Source: a virus. From it: DNA of 64,000 nt. The position numbers and the translations under genes were made by a program. The notes below the pieces were generated by a model that did not search any database, had not been told where the DNA came from, and saw only the letters and a program-made list of their open reading frames with translations. Where the stretch lies: positions 58,896 to 122,895 of IMG/VR virus record IMGVR_UViG_3300036770_008700. The stretch is one strand, 5' to 3'. How positions within the stretch are numbered: position 1 is the first letter of the stretch; each line of letters opens with the position of its first letter. Below are positions 21,767-31,692 of the stretch, piece after piece.

Positions 21767-22844
21767 TCATTTTCTCACAAACATACAATATCTGTTCGTT
21801 TGTTATTCCAACAAATGATGGCAAACAAACTCCTTCTTTGTATTTCGTAATCGATATATCAAACGATGCCTTTGATGATTTCTTTAGATTGGAAAAACAA
21901 GGTTGCATATGCAACGGATAAAAGAATGTTCTGGTTTCGATATTATTCTCTTTAAGGTGATGCATCAATCCTTCAGAACCACCAGATACAGTTGTGCAAA
22001 CTCTAAATGGTATATGATTGGATTTATCATTTTTTGGAGTAATAATTTTGTATCTGCTATCTAGGTTTTCTTGATATGTTTTCAATATGCAAGCTTTTTT
22101 GTTTATAATAGTTGAAAGCTTTTTTAGTTGAACCAAACCAATTGCAGACTGAATATCTGTCATTCGAAAGTTGTACCCAATTTCTGGGTGTATAAAACTT
22201 CCTCTGTCTATTCTTCCTTGATTTCGTATGTAAAGTAATGCTTCATATGTTTCTTTACTGTTTGTTACAAGCAACCCACCCTCGCCTGTTGTAATTGTTT
22301 TGTCCGCAAAAAATGAAAAACTGCCAATATCTCCATAGGTACCAACATGTTTGTTATTCCATGTTATTCCAATACCTTGTGCAGCATCTTCAATAATTTT
22401 CAATTTGTGTGCTTCTGCAAAAGAAACAACTTGCTCCATGTCACAAGCCATGCCATATATGTGTACAGGCATAATTGCTTTTGTTTTTTTGTTAACAAGT
22501 TTTTTAGCCATATCAATGTTGATATGTAAATCCTCATTGATGTCAACAAAAACAGGTTTTGCACCACACATTTCAACCGCATTAGCACTTGCAATAAATG
22601 TAAAGTTTGGCACTAGCACTTCATCACCACGGCCAATACCCAAAGCTCTTAATGCCATATAAAGCGATAGAGTGCCATTAGGAGCTAGTACTCCGTACTC
22701 AACATTCATAAGTTCACATAATTTTTCAACAAATTCTTTTGATTTCGGTCCCTCAGTTATCCAGTTTGATTCAAAACATTGTTTAATAGCAATGTATTCT
22801 TGCTCATCAAAATATGGTTGAAATTGCGGAATTCTTGCTTGCAT
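21747..22844 (-). CDS. DegT/DnrJ/EryC1 aminotransferase (GDP-perosamine synthase-like)
   Basis: NGTLSL, IEDAAQ, FSFFADKTITTGEGG (PLP Lys), GYNFRMT; near gmd. Confidence 0.9.
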   Translation of the reverse strand: MQARIPQFQPYFDEQEYIAIKQCFESNWITEGPKSKEFVEKLCELMNVEYGVLAPNGTLSLYMALRALGIGRGDEVLVPNFTFIASANAVEMCGAKPVFVDINEDLHINIDMAKKLVNKKTKAIMPVHIYGMACDMEQVVSFAEAHKLKIIEDAAQGIGITWNNKHVGTYGDIGSFSFFADKTITTGEGGLLVTNSKETYEALLYIRNQGRIDRGSFIHPEIGYNFRMTDIQSAIGLVQLKKLSTIINKKACILKTYQENLDSRYKIITPKNDKSNHIPFRVCTTVSGGSEGLMHHLKENNIETRTFFYPLHMQPCFSNLKKSSKASFDISITKYKEGVCLPSFVGITNEQILYVCEKMNEYIQR

Positions 22845-23028
22845 GTAACCTCTTCACTTTGGAGTTATTCTAACATAACTTACATCAATTATCCAATAAA
22901 TTGTTTGTTCACAAAAACAACTTTGGTGTCTTTGAAGTTAAATTTTTTTCAAGGTGTTGACAACACTGTCAATTCCTTCATCTTTTTTTCTTGAAGAACA
23001 AAATTCGTTAATTTGCATTGCATTGACT

Positions 23029-23772
23029 CTACTGTAGTTTGCTAAGTTTTTGAAGAATTTTCATTCCTTTTTCACTTACCATTTTATGTCCTGTTGCGAA
23101 TCTTGGCTTCAAAAGTTTAACGATAGAATTCTCGTTCAAAGAATAAGAATGATGGTTAAACGCACGATTTGACCACTCTACATCTTCACCTTGTCCCCAA
23201 AACAATCTTTCATTCAGAGGAAAATTTTCCATAACATGTTTTTTAGCTATCCAGAAACCTCCACTGGCATATTGGAGTTTTTTCATGTTTCTAATGTCAT
23301 ATGGCAAAAATGTTTCCATGTTATTTTCAATCAGAGCTGGATGCTTGAAGGGATCAATAATCCAATCATGAAACCTATTGCCATTTATATCTAAGATTTG
23401 ATTCATCATGATTTCAAATGGCTCAGAATAATTTACCATATTCTTATACCATTCTGAGTCTAGGGAAAAATAATCATGCATAAACACAATATTTTCATAT
23501 TGTGCATTTTGCGTAATCAAATTCTTTTTTCTAGTTATCCATCCTTTGTATTTCAAATCATTGAATGGTATGTGTAGGGTATTTTCACAATCAGAGTAAT
23601 CATTGTCCCCACCGACAACTATAATTTCATATTTCGGTATTTTCTGATCAAATATAGTTTTTATGATCTTCTTTACTCTGTCAGATGCTTCACTGTTGGT
23701 TATAGTCTCTCTATGATTATTGGACCCACCCGTAATTATCCCAAATGTAAAATTCATGTTAACCTTTATCAA
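23029..23772 (-). CDS. Glycosyltransferase, GT-A/GT2-like
   Basis: WITRKKN, VFMHDY, WGQGEDVEW; start probably M6 (MNFTFG). Confidence 0.75.
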   Translation of the reverse strand: MIKVNMNFTFGIITGGSNNHRETITNSEASDRVKKIIKTIFDQKIPKYEIIVVGGDNDYSDCENTLHIPFNDLKYKGWITRKKNLITQNAQYENIVFMHDYFSLDSEWYKNMVNYSEPFEIMMNQILDINGNRFHDWIIDPFKHPALIENNMETFLPYDIRNMKKLQYASGGFWIAKKHVMENFPLNERLFWGQGEDVEWSNRAFNHHSYSLNENSIVKLLKPRFATGHKMVSEKGMKILQKLSKLQ

Positions 23773-24649
23773 TCACAGATTTGATTGTTGGCCAAAAGTT
23801 ATACTTATTTAAGATCAAATCTCTTGCCTCTTCTATCGCTGATATCCTTTTTTCATAATCATCATTTTCAATCAGTTCGATTATTCTTGGTATTTCTGTT
23901 GCTGGCTTTCTTGCATCAAACTGGATAAACGATCCTTCTGGAAAATATCTTGAAAGATCTGTTCCGCACCAAAATATTGGTACACACCAGCAAAGTAAAG
24001 AATCACTTAGCTGAGTACCAAAAAAGTCTTTAATGAAATCTTGATTGTCAAATCCTAGACAATATTTGTAGTCTTGCAAAGCTTGCATCTTATCATTGTT
24101 GGGAATCGTTTTATTATGAAACTCTATTGAGCCGTATAAATCCAATCTTGAATATTGCTTCAGAAACTGTTTTGTAAACAGTTTTCTTAGCTGATGCCCT
24201 TCATTCATTACTTTATTGGAAACAATGCTAGTAATGTGTTTTGTCTTAGGATATGGCTTGGTGGCTATTAGTTGATCGTATGTTTTTGCGATTCCGCTAT
24301 AACCCTGAGCAGAAGCTTGCACGTTTGTACCATACCACCAACGTATTGGCAAATAACCAGTACCATCCCAGAAAGAAAATCGTTTAAACTGGCTAGTTGG
24401 ATATTGATCCTTTAAATGTAACGATAAAGCTTCCCTGTTAAAATAGAGTCGATTCTCCGGTTTAAACATGTTGAGCAGCAAATTGTTATCAATCTCGTCT
24501 TGTATAACAATAAACTCTGCTTGCTTTGGATCTCTTACGGCTACAATATCCTCCCAAACACCTTTGGCATTAGGTGTTTGATGCCGGTAATCTTCTAGTA
24601 TTTGTTCACTCGAAGCCCAAGGTGTAGAAGCAAAGTATATTTTTCTCAT
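23759..24649 (-). CDS. Glycosyltransferase, GT10 (fucosyltransferase)-like
   Basis: SIVSNK..GHQLR; DKMQALQDYKYCLGFDN; VPIFW. Confidence 0.7.
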   Translation of the reverse strand: MRKIYFASTPWASSEQILEDYRHQTPNAKGVWEDIVAVRDPKQAEFIVIQDEIDNNLLLNMFKPENRLYFNREALSLHLKDQYPTSQFKRFSFWDGTGYLPIRWWYGTNVQASAQGYSGIAKTYDQLIATKPYPKTKHITSIVSNKVMNEGHQLRKLFTKQFLKQYSRLDLYGSIEFHNKTIPNNDKMQALQDYKYCLGFDNQDFIKDFFGTQLSDSLLCWCVPIFWCGTDLSRYFPEGSFIQFDARKPATEIPRIIELIENDDYEKRISAIEEARDLILNKYNFWPTIKSVIDKG

Positions 24650-24690
24650 GATGCTAAAAGCATAGCACGAAGATCACAAATTGGTGAGTA

Positions 24691-25506
24691 TCATTCACCA
24701 AAAATAATATCTAACCAGTTATCTCCACAATATTCTCCGTAACCCCAACGTGGATCTTTCACTTCAACAAATTCTGTCACTCTGTCGGTGTTTTTTTTAA
24801 GCTTTTCCATTTCCTCAACATCTTGTTTGCGCAAACCTGTGATGTTGATTACATTCGGCCAGCCATTGTTGCTTAATAGCTCTAGCTTTCTGATTGCCCA
24901 ACGATCTACAGAACCAACAATTTTATAGCCGCTGAACTCTGTAAGCTGACTTCCTTTTGTTTCCCAGTCCCAAGGTGACCAATCACGCTTCATATACTTC
25001 ATGAAAAACGTTTTGTTCCATATTGAGAACGCTCCAGCTAGTTGATACAAGTTTCTGCCATAACCAGATTGATTGAGCTGAATGAACTTGATATCGTTTT
25101 GTGTTTTATATGGCTTTACATCCTTTGGATTTCTTCCATATTGCAATGAGCATTGCAAGTCAATCCTGCCAATGCTGGGATTTAGAATGACCTTTGCGGC
25201 TTGATACGCTTCTTCATCAACTGGTCTAGCAATCATAAAATCGTCGATGCCAAAAATAAAATAGTCGTCTTGCACATTAGCAAAATAGTCTAGCAAATGA
25301 TTCGACCATCCAGCCGCACCATTCATTTGTTTCGGTCCAAGAGACACAAATTCAAAGTTGGAGTCAAACTCAAAATCCGGCTTGTTAAAGCCTAAGATTT
25401 TAACTTGCATATGCTTACCCCAATATTTGTTGAAGAAATACTGAAAGTATTTTATTATGAAGATGTTGGGGTCACAAGTTGTAACATATACGGTGAGTTC
25501 TTTCAT
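24691..25506 (-). CDS. Putative glycosyltransferase (GT-A-like)
   Basis: WSNHL; FGIDDF; SPWDWE. Confidence 0.6.
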   Translation of the reverse strand: MKELTVYVTTCDPNIFIIKYFQYFFNKYWGKHMQVKILGFNKPDFEFDSNFEFVSLGPKQMNGAAGWSNHLLDYFANVQDDYFIFGIDDFMIARPVDEEAYQAAKVILNPSIGRIDLQCSLQYGRNPKDVKPYKTQNDIKFIQLNQSGYGRNLYQLAGAFSIWNKTFFMKYMKRDWSPWDWETKGSQLTEFSGYKIVGSVDRWAIRKLELLSNNGWPNVINITGLRKQDVEEMEKLKKNTDRVTEFVEVKDPRWGYGEYCGDNWLDIIFGE

Positions 25507-25509
25507 ATG

Positions 25510-26121
25510 TTATCTATTCTTTTTCGTTACGATACAAGCTGCTTGTTCACCGTGAGGCAAGTAACCTAGCCACTTATACTCAACTTGACATTCCTGTACA
25601 AACTCCATAAACGCTTTGTACTCATGGTCTGCCCAATCGGTATAAATCCCATCTCCGTTGTGCAGTTCGTCAAATATAATCACCGTACCTTCAACAATGT
25701 TGTTCTTACAATTATCGAATATTGTTTTGGTTGAAGAATACAAGTCACAGTCAACAACCAATACCGATATATCTTTTTTCTGTTTTGATATAAAGCCTGG
25801 TAATGTTTCAGAGAACAAACCATCAATCATCACAGCACCTTCGATTGCTGGCACTACTCCACCAACAGAAAATGCTCCTGCACTATGACTGGCCCAATTT
25901 TCTGGTAAACCATTAAACCAATCAAATCCATATAAAGGTTTTTGGTCTTCTGGCATATAACTAACGTATTTTCTTGTGGTGCCTCCTGTGGCAACACCAA
26001 ACTCAAGCCAAAGCCCATCAACCTTAGCAAAAGATAACGCATGTTTTATGAAAGTTTCGTAGCGTTCATCAAAACTTGATGGGTAGAACTCCACAGCCCC
26101 AGAAAAATCGATTGTTGACAT
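25510..26121 (-). CDS. TylF/MycF-like SAM O-methyltransferase
   Basis: LEFGVATG, FDWFNGLPE, GLFSETL, VDCDLYSST, IIFDE. Confidence 0.85.
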   Translation of the reverse strand: MSTIDFSGAVEFYPSSFDERYETFIKHALSFAKVDGLWLEFGVATGGTTRKYVSYMPEDQKPLYGFDWFNGLPENWASHSAGAFSVGGVVPAIEGAVMIDGLFSETLPGFISKQKKDISVLVVDCDLYSSTKTIFDNCKNNIVEGTVIIFDELHNGDGIYTDWADHEYKAFMEFVQECQVEYKWLGYLPHGEQAACIVTKKNR

Positions 26122-26137
26122 GATTTGTGTTTTTCTC

Positions 26138-27502
26138 TCATTGGTGAGCTTGCAAATAAATGTTTAAATCTTCTGGGGTTCCTAAACCCCACATTTTTTC
26201 TACATTGAACGTTGCAATCTTTTTATTGTCTTGTATTGCTTCATTAAAAACAGGACAAACATAAAACTCGTTGTTGGTTCTTATGTTCTTTGAAATCATT
26301 TGTTCGGCATATTTGACATAATCACTACCTTTATTCCAATAGTAGATGCCGGTTGTAGCAAGATCGCTTATTGGATTTTTTTCTGCTACTTCTGTAACAA
26401 ATCCACTTTCTCCAAGTTTAGCAAAGCTCCATTTTGGATGATTTGCTTTAAAGGTCACGATGCCACCGTCGATTTCTTGATCGGTCATTTGATAATAAAA
26501 ACGTGTGCTATCCCACTCCAAAAATTGATCTGAGTTAGCCAATAGCAAATGCTTGTCGTTATCGATATATTCTTTTGCAAGAAGAGTAGTACAAGCTGCT
26601 CCCTCGGTTACTGAATCCACATAAACAAGTCTACATTTTGGTGCAATTCGTTGTAGGGTTTGTGTGATGCTGTATTTTTCGTGCTCTCTTTGAAGCACAA
26701 AAATAAACTGTGCATCGATATTCAAGTTCCGTACTACCTTTTCAATCATCGGTATACCTTGAACATCAATCAATGGTTTAGGCAGAGAATATCCAGCTTT
26801 TTGAAATCTACTTCCATGGCCTGCCATTGGAATCAATACATTAAAATCGTTTCCAATCCAAACCATTTGCTTTTTTTGGCCACTAAATTTTTTAATGTGG
26901 TCTTCCACGTTTTGAATTGTTACATCGTTTGTGTCTTTTACTTTCATAATATTTGCACCACTTTCAAAAGCTGCTTCTAAGCCGTATGGACTATCTTCGA
27001 CAATCATTGTTTCTTTTGGAGTTAATCCAAAGTGACTGATAGATTTGAAGTATAACTCTGGATTGGGTTTTGGGTATCTAACCTCTTCGTTTGAAAATAC
27101 TTTATTCACATATTGCAATAATTCCATTTTTACCAATACCGAATAAACGGTATTAGCAACACTGTTTGTTGCTATGCCAATCTTAAATCCGTTTTGTTTA
27201 AGCTTTTTGAACAGTTCAGAGATATGCGGCAGTGGATTAATAAACTTATAAATGTACTCTAGAGTATACAATTGCTTTCTTTTGCTGATTGACTCATATT
27301 CTTCAGGGTCTAAGCTTTTATACCTTGTAAGAAGCTTAAGCTTTTCTTTTGTTGGTAGCCCATCGTATATCTTATAATGTTCTTCTTTTGTGATGACGTA
27401 TTTTGGATCTAAGTCTTCTAATGCTTTGTTCAAACAATCATAGTGTGATTCTTTCAAATCAACCAAAACACCGTCCAAATCGAATATCACCAACTTAATC
27501 AT
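26138..27502 (-). CDS. HAD phosphatase fused to nucleotidyltransferase (GT-A fold)
   Basis: FDLDGVL, KPNP, VEDS; PMAGHGSRF...PKPLI, NSDQ, EKNPIS, GLGTPEDL. Confidence 0.85.
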   Translation of the reverse strand: MIKLVIFDLDGVLVDLKESHYDCLNKALEDLDPKYVITKEEHYKIYDGLPTKEKLKLLTRYKSLDPEEYESISKRKQLYTLEYIYKFINPLPHISELFKKLKQNGFKIGIATNSVANTVYSVLVKMELLQYVNKVFSNEEVRYPKPNPELYFKSISHFGLTPKETMIVEDSPYGLEAAFESGANIMKVKDTNDVTIQNVEDHIKKFSGQKKQMVWIGNDFNVLIPMAGHGSRFQKAGYSLPKPLIDVQGIPMIEKVVRNLNIDAQFIFVLQREHEKYSITQTLQRIAPKCRLVYVDSVTEGAACTTLLAKEYIDNDKHLLLANSDQFLEWDSTRFYYQMTDQEIDGGIVTFKANHPKWSFAKLGESGFVTEVAEKNPISDLATTGIYYWNKGSDYVKYAEQMISKNIRTNNEFYVCPVFNEAIQDNKKIATFNVEKMWGLGTPEDLNIYLQAHQ

Positions 27503-27939
27503 AAGCTGCCTTTTTCCCTTAATTTTTCAACTATATCGCTGCATACACCAAATGCGTTAGAATAATCTTGATTTGTTTGTTCCGGCAAAAGACAAATCGA
27601 TCTTTCTGTTAAAGGCGATTGTGGAAACGCCCAAATATAACCTTTTGATGTAAGAGTGTATTTATCATTTTCGTGCCAAAAACAATGAATTCCATTCTGC
27701 AACATCACATCAAACGCTTCAATATTTTTGGCATGACACCAGAGTTTTGTATTGCGTAAAAAATCAATACCTACTTCATAGTCTGGACTATCATGCCCCA
27801 AAAACCAACAATTCCCAACAAGTCTTACATCGATCTCCACATCATAACCAAGTTTTATTGCGTCGTGAATATATTGTGGGTGATTCTCTAGATTTTTATT
27901 GATGCCTTTTGTATTTCCACGATGAGCAATGTATATCAT
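27499..27939 (-). CDS. Short glycerophosphodiester phosphodiesterase-like protein
   Basis: IAHRGN, ENHP, VEIDV, LGHD, HAKN, GVCSD. Confidence 0.75.
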   Translation of the reverse strand: MIYIAHRGNTKGINKNLENHPQYIHDAIKLGYDVEIDVRLVGNCWFLGHDSPDYEVGIDFLRNTKLWCHAKNIEAFDVMLQNGIHCFWHENDKYTLTSKGYIWAFPQSPLTERSICLLPEQTNQDYSNAFGVCSDIVEKLREKGSL

Positions 27940-28733
27940 TTTTGTCTGCTTTCAATTTTTTGAGGAATCATGATATCACCGTTTGGTCTTCCCCAAGGAT
28001 TGTTACGTTGATTGTATCTTCTCATGAGTCCATAAGTTTCGTACTCTAAACCATAACAGTATATACGATCTTCTAATCCTAGCTCCTTAAGCCTATAACG
28101 CCATACTGGATGTCCTGATCCAATGCTTTTTTCGTCCAACTTCCTTGATTTTAGAAACTTAATATACTCACCTTTTTGAATGTCCAGATACTCACTATAA
28201 CGATCATGTATGTTACCATATTCTTTCATTATACTTGCACCAGACAAAAACCAAACGTCATTGAAGCCCCAACCTTCGTGATTCAGATTCCAATGGCTTA
28301 CGTAAAAGTTGTTCGGGTCAAAAAGCTCAAAGCGAAACGGTTCATAGTAAACAGCGTCAAACCTAGAAATTAAAATCAAATCGTATAGCGAAGCGTCAAC
28401 AAGACTCAATGATTTCTGTAAAGAATAAAACCTAGAATAGTTGTTGCGGATAGATATCTGAGTACTATAAGGTCCGTCAGGTACAAAATTATAGTGCTTG
28501 TAAGGATGATCAAAAACAATCTGCTTTTCCAAGATATAATCTTTTGGTTTCATTTTACTAAGAAGCTTTTCAGATTCTTTACTGTCATCATCCCAACCGT
28601 GTAAAAACAAGTCAACGTTATATTTCGCTTTAACGGTTACCTTAAAATGTTGATAAGGTATTTCAAACGATTGAGTATCGCCATTTGCGTTTTTACCGCA
28701 GAACTTACCGTAAAAACAAGCTGCTATTTTCAT
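27936..28733 (-). CDS. Glycan-cluster hypothetical protein
   Basis: MKIAACFYG; YDLILISRFD; GFNDVWF. Confidence 0.6.
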   Translation of the reverse strand: MKIAACFYGKFCGKNANGDTQSFEIPYQHFKVTVKAKYNVDLFLHGWDDDSKESEKLLSKMKPKDYILEKQIVFDHPYKHYNFVPDGPYSTQISIRNNYSRFYSLQKSLSLVDASLYDLILISRFDAVYYEPFRFELFDPNNFYVSHWNLNHEGWGFNDVWFLSGASIMKEYGNIHDRYSEYLDIQKGEYIKFLKSRKLDEKSIGSGHPVWRYRLKELGLEDRIYCYGLEYETYGLMRRYNQRNNPWGRPNGDIMIPQKIESRQK

Positions 28734-28741
28734 GTTTCTTC

Positions 28742-30745
28742 CTAAAGTGAATCGATAAGTTTAATGTCTTCTATGTCTTTTGGTTCGTTTCTTCTTGCTT
28801 TTAAGGCACGAATAAAAGCCAGAGAAACAAACTTAACACCTTTGGTGTAAAAATAATTTTGCGGATCAAGAACTAGCTCGTCAGCAGTTACGCCATACAA
28901 GGATTCAAGATATTGGTTGTGACAATCAATCAAATCATCCTTAACAATTACGTTGCTTCTTGTAATGTAATCTAAATCCTTACCTTCTCTTAAACCATAG
29001 GCAGACAAAACAGAGCTTACTGTTACAGCGTAATCATCTATATTAGGAACTTGTTGTTTAAACTTAACAAGAAGTTGATCAAATTTTGGAAACGAAACCT
29101 TTTTGGCATAGACCAAATGATGCAAACTGTTGTTGTTAAATACAACGTTAGCTAGTCGGATGGTTTGCTCATGTGTATCGTTGATATGAATAGTATGATT
29201 ACCAAGCTTAAACACTTCTCTAATCTCACGTTTAGCTCTCACAGAGCTTTCCAAGTTTTCAAACTCAACCAAAAAGAAAAACGTAGGATACTCAGAGGTA
29301 AAACACAAATTGGCCTTGTCTCTGTACCCAGCATAATTGTTGTGAGGCCCACCAGCCCATGCTTCGTTCTCATAAAACTCTGCCATTAGATTTAATGGAC
29401 CATTTCTATCAAGCTTGACAGGCTTGTAATAAACAACCTTGCCATGCTTGTTAAGCACGTCATATGCTAGTTGACCATTTCCCTTCGCAGAAGGAAACAA
29501 AGTAGCAATAAAAGTATTTGATTTTAGCTTGGCATATTCAACAGCTGCACGATCAGCATATTTTACTGGGTACTTTAGCTGGTTAAACATCAACCAACCA
29601 CAATCTTTTTGACCATCAACAGTGTTTTGTCCGTTTTTACAAGCTACTTTTCTACCTGTTGCCATGGCAGCAGCAACTCTGTGAGAACCATTTAGAATGT
29701 ATTTTGAATCTTCAACAGGAACAAGAGAAATATTTGAATCAAATCCTGTTGTTTGCATTGAATCAATCAAAGCTTTAAAGTCATTGTCAAAAGCTTCAAA
29801 AGTGTTTTTCTGTGGTTTATCATACTCCTTGAAACCATTCCAAACCCTGAGATGTTCCTTATACATCTCTTTGTAAAAACCAGTTTGCCAATTTTCCACA
29901 ATCGCTTTTGCATAAAGATATTTGATTGGAAGATCAAATCTAAAACCAGTTAAAAGACTAGTCGGCTCAACCCCTTGTTGAGTTGATGATTTGTTAAAAT
30001 CAACAACTTCTTTTCTTGGAAGTTTACGGATATATTGATCTGTCTCCCATTGTTCTTTTTGACGTATGTAACCATCACTGATTGGATTAGAACGATTATA
30101 AAGATACAAAGTTTGATCAATAAATTGAAAATTCTTACCTGCCATTTCAAGCATTGGCATCATGAAAGCCAAATCCCAAGCAACAGAATAATGCTTGCCT
30201 ACTCTTGGATCGATTAGGTCTTGTTCGTTCAAACAATCCCAAAGTTTACTTTTAAACGTACGCAAATGTGAAGTAACAAACTTTGGATAAGTTCTGTAAG
30301 AGCGAGCATTGATAACTTCTTGTGGAAAAGCCTCGCAAATTCCCTTAGCACCACCAGGAGAATCAACATAACTACCATATGTTAGTAAGCAACTGGGAAC
30401 TTTTGTATATACACGATTTATTACTGTTAGTGATGTAGGGCTAGCTAACCTGTCATCCCCATCAATCGCCATAAGCACGCTTTCTGGCTCCTTGGTTGTT
30501 TCTAGTCGTTTAAAACCATCAACAATGTTGAACAATGCACCTTTGTTTGAAGGATTATGTAGCTTTTGAAACCTGCTATCAAGTTGCAAGCTATCAATAA
30601 CTTCTCCGGTTTTATCCTTAGAGGCGTCGTTAATGATAATACAGTCAAAATTCTTGTGCTGTTGGCTGGCAATAGATTCAATACAGTCTTTGATCCAAGC
30701 TTCTGCATTATACACAGGAACAACGATTTTCATTTTAATAGTCAT
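28742..30745 (-). CDS. GT2 glycosyltransferase with extra C-terminal domains
   Basis: VVPVYNAE, INDAS.D, IDGDD; later NGSHR, IHIND and DLD motifs. Confidence 0.8.
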   Translation of the reverse strand: MTIKMKIVVPVYNAEAWIKDCIESIASQQHKNFDCIIINDASKDKTGEVIDSLQLDSRFQKLHNPSNKGALFNIVDGFKRLETTKEPESVLMAIDGDDRLASPTSLTVINRVYTKVPSCLLTYGSYVDSPGGAKGICEAFPQEVINARSYRTYPKFVTSHLRTFKSKLWDCLNEQDLIDPRVGKHYSVAWDLAFMMPMLEMAGKNFQFIDQTLYLYNRSNPISDGYIRQKEQWETDQYIRKLPRKEVVDFNKSSTQQGVEPTSLLTGFRFDLPIKYLYAKAIVENWQTGFYKEMYKEHLRVWNGFKEYDKPQKNTFEAFDNDFKALIDSMQTTGFDSNISLVPVEDSKYILNGSHRVAAAMATGRKVACKNGQNTVDGQKDCGWLMFNQLKYPVKYADRAAVEYAKLKSNTFIATLFPSAKGNGQLAYDVLNKHGKVVYYKPVKLDRNGPLNLMAEFYENEAWAGGPHNNYAGYRDKANLCFTSEYPTFFFLVEFENLESSVRAKREIREVFKLGNHTIHINDTHEQTIRLANVVFNNNSLHHLVYAKKVSFPKFDQLLVKFKQQVPNIDDYAVTVSSVLSAYGLREGKDLDYITRSNVIVKDDLIDCHNQYLESLYGVTADELVLDPQNYFYTKGVKFVSLAFIRALKARRNEPKDIEDIKLIDSL

Positions 30746-31692
30746 TTGATATTTTCCTTATACCAATCAAAGGTTTTGTAAAAAGCTTCTGCTGTAACAT
30801 CTGTTGGAATGAAACCTAGTGTTTGCTCTGCAAGAGTAACGTCAGCTTGTGTTTTGATCGGATCACCAACTCTTGCCTGTGCTTCTGCAATATCTACAGT
30901 TTGAAAACAATTCTTAAAATATTCAAGTATTTCAGAAATGCGAACAGACTTACCAGAGCCAATGTTGTAACAACCAAACTCTATACTTTCATTCTCAACA
31001 GCCAATGTATTAGCGTTTGCTACATCGTATACATGCACAAAATCTCTGTAAGCTTTACCTCCGCCATCCAATCTGATTTTGTTTTCACGAATACCTTTTT
31101 CACACCAGGAAGATATTACATTAGCGTATGGACCCGAACCTGCTTGCCTTGGACCAAAAACATTAAAGTAACGCAAACAAATCACTTTTAATCCATAGAG
31201 TTCATTGTATAACTTGCAGTAATCTTCTATGATGCTTTTTTGTAAGGCATATGGTGACATTGGATTCTTGATTGATCGCTCATTCGTTGGAAACGTTTTA
31301 GGGTCACCATAAACCGCTGAAGAAGAAGAAAACACAAACTTTCTAACGTTACCAACCTTACAAGCTTCCAATAAAGCAAGAGTTTTTGATACATTGTTAT
31401 CATTAGACTCAACAGGCTTATCAACAGAAAAAGGAACACTTGCCTTAGCAGCAAGATGCAACACATACTGATATTTACCCGATCTAACCTCTGTTAGTGT
31501 TTTAAACCCAACAAAATCATCTACATATACTTCCAGCTTTGAATTGCTGTGAGGATTTAAGTGTTCAAGATTTTTAAGTTTACCTGTGTCTAAATTGTCA
31601 ACAACAGTTACATGATAACCTTTATTCAAAAATGCATCAACAACATGACTACCAATAAAACCATAACCACCAGTTACCAATACTCTACTCAT
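30742..31692 (-). CDS. NAD-dependent NDP-sugar epimerase/dehydratase (GalE/WbpP-like)
   Basis: VTGGYGFIGSH, SSSSAVYG, YALQK, RYFNVFGPRQ, RDFVHV; start taken at MSRVLV (ATGA overlap). Confidence 0.9.
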   Translation of the reverse strand: MSRVLVTGGYGFIGSHVVDAFLNKGYHVTVVDNLDTGKLKNLEHLNPHSNSKLEVYVDDFVGFKTLTEVRSGKYQYVLHLAAKASVPFSVDKPVESNDNNVSKTLALLEACKVGNVRKFVFSSSSAVYGDPKTFPTNERSIKNPMSPYALQKSIIEDYCKLYNELYGLKVICLRYFNVFGPRQAGSGPYANVISSWCEKGIRENKIRLDGGGKAYRDFVHVYDVANANTLAVENESIEFGCYNIGSGKSVRISEILEYFKNCFQTVDIAEAQARVGDPIKTQADVTLAEQTLGFIPTDVTAEAFYKTFDWYKENIK

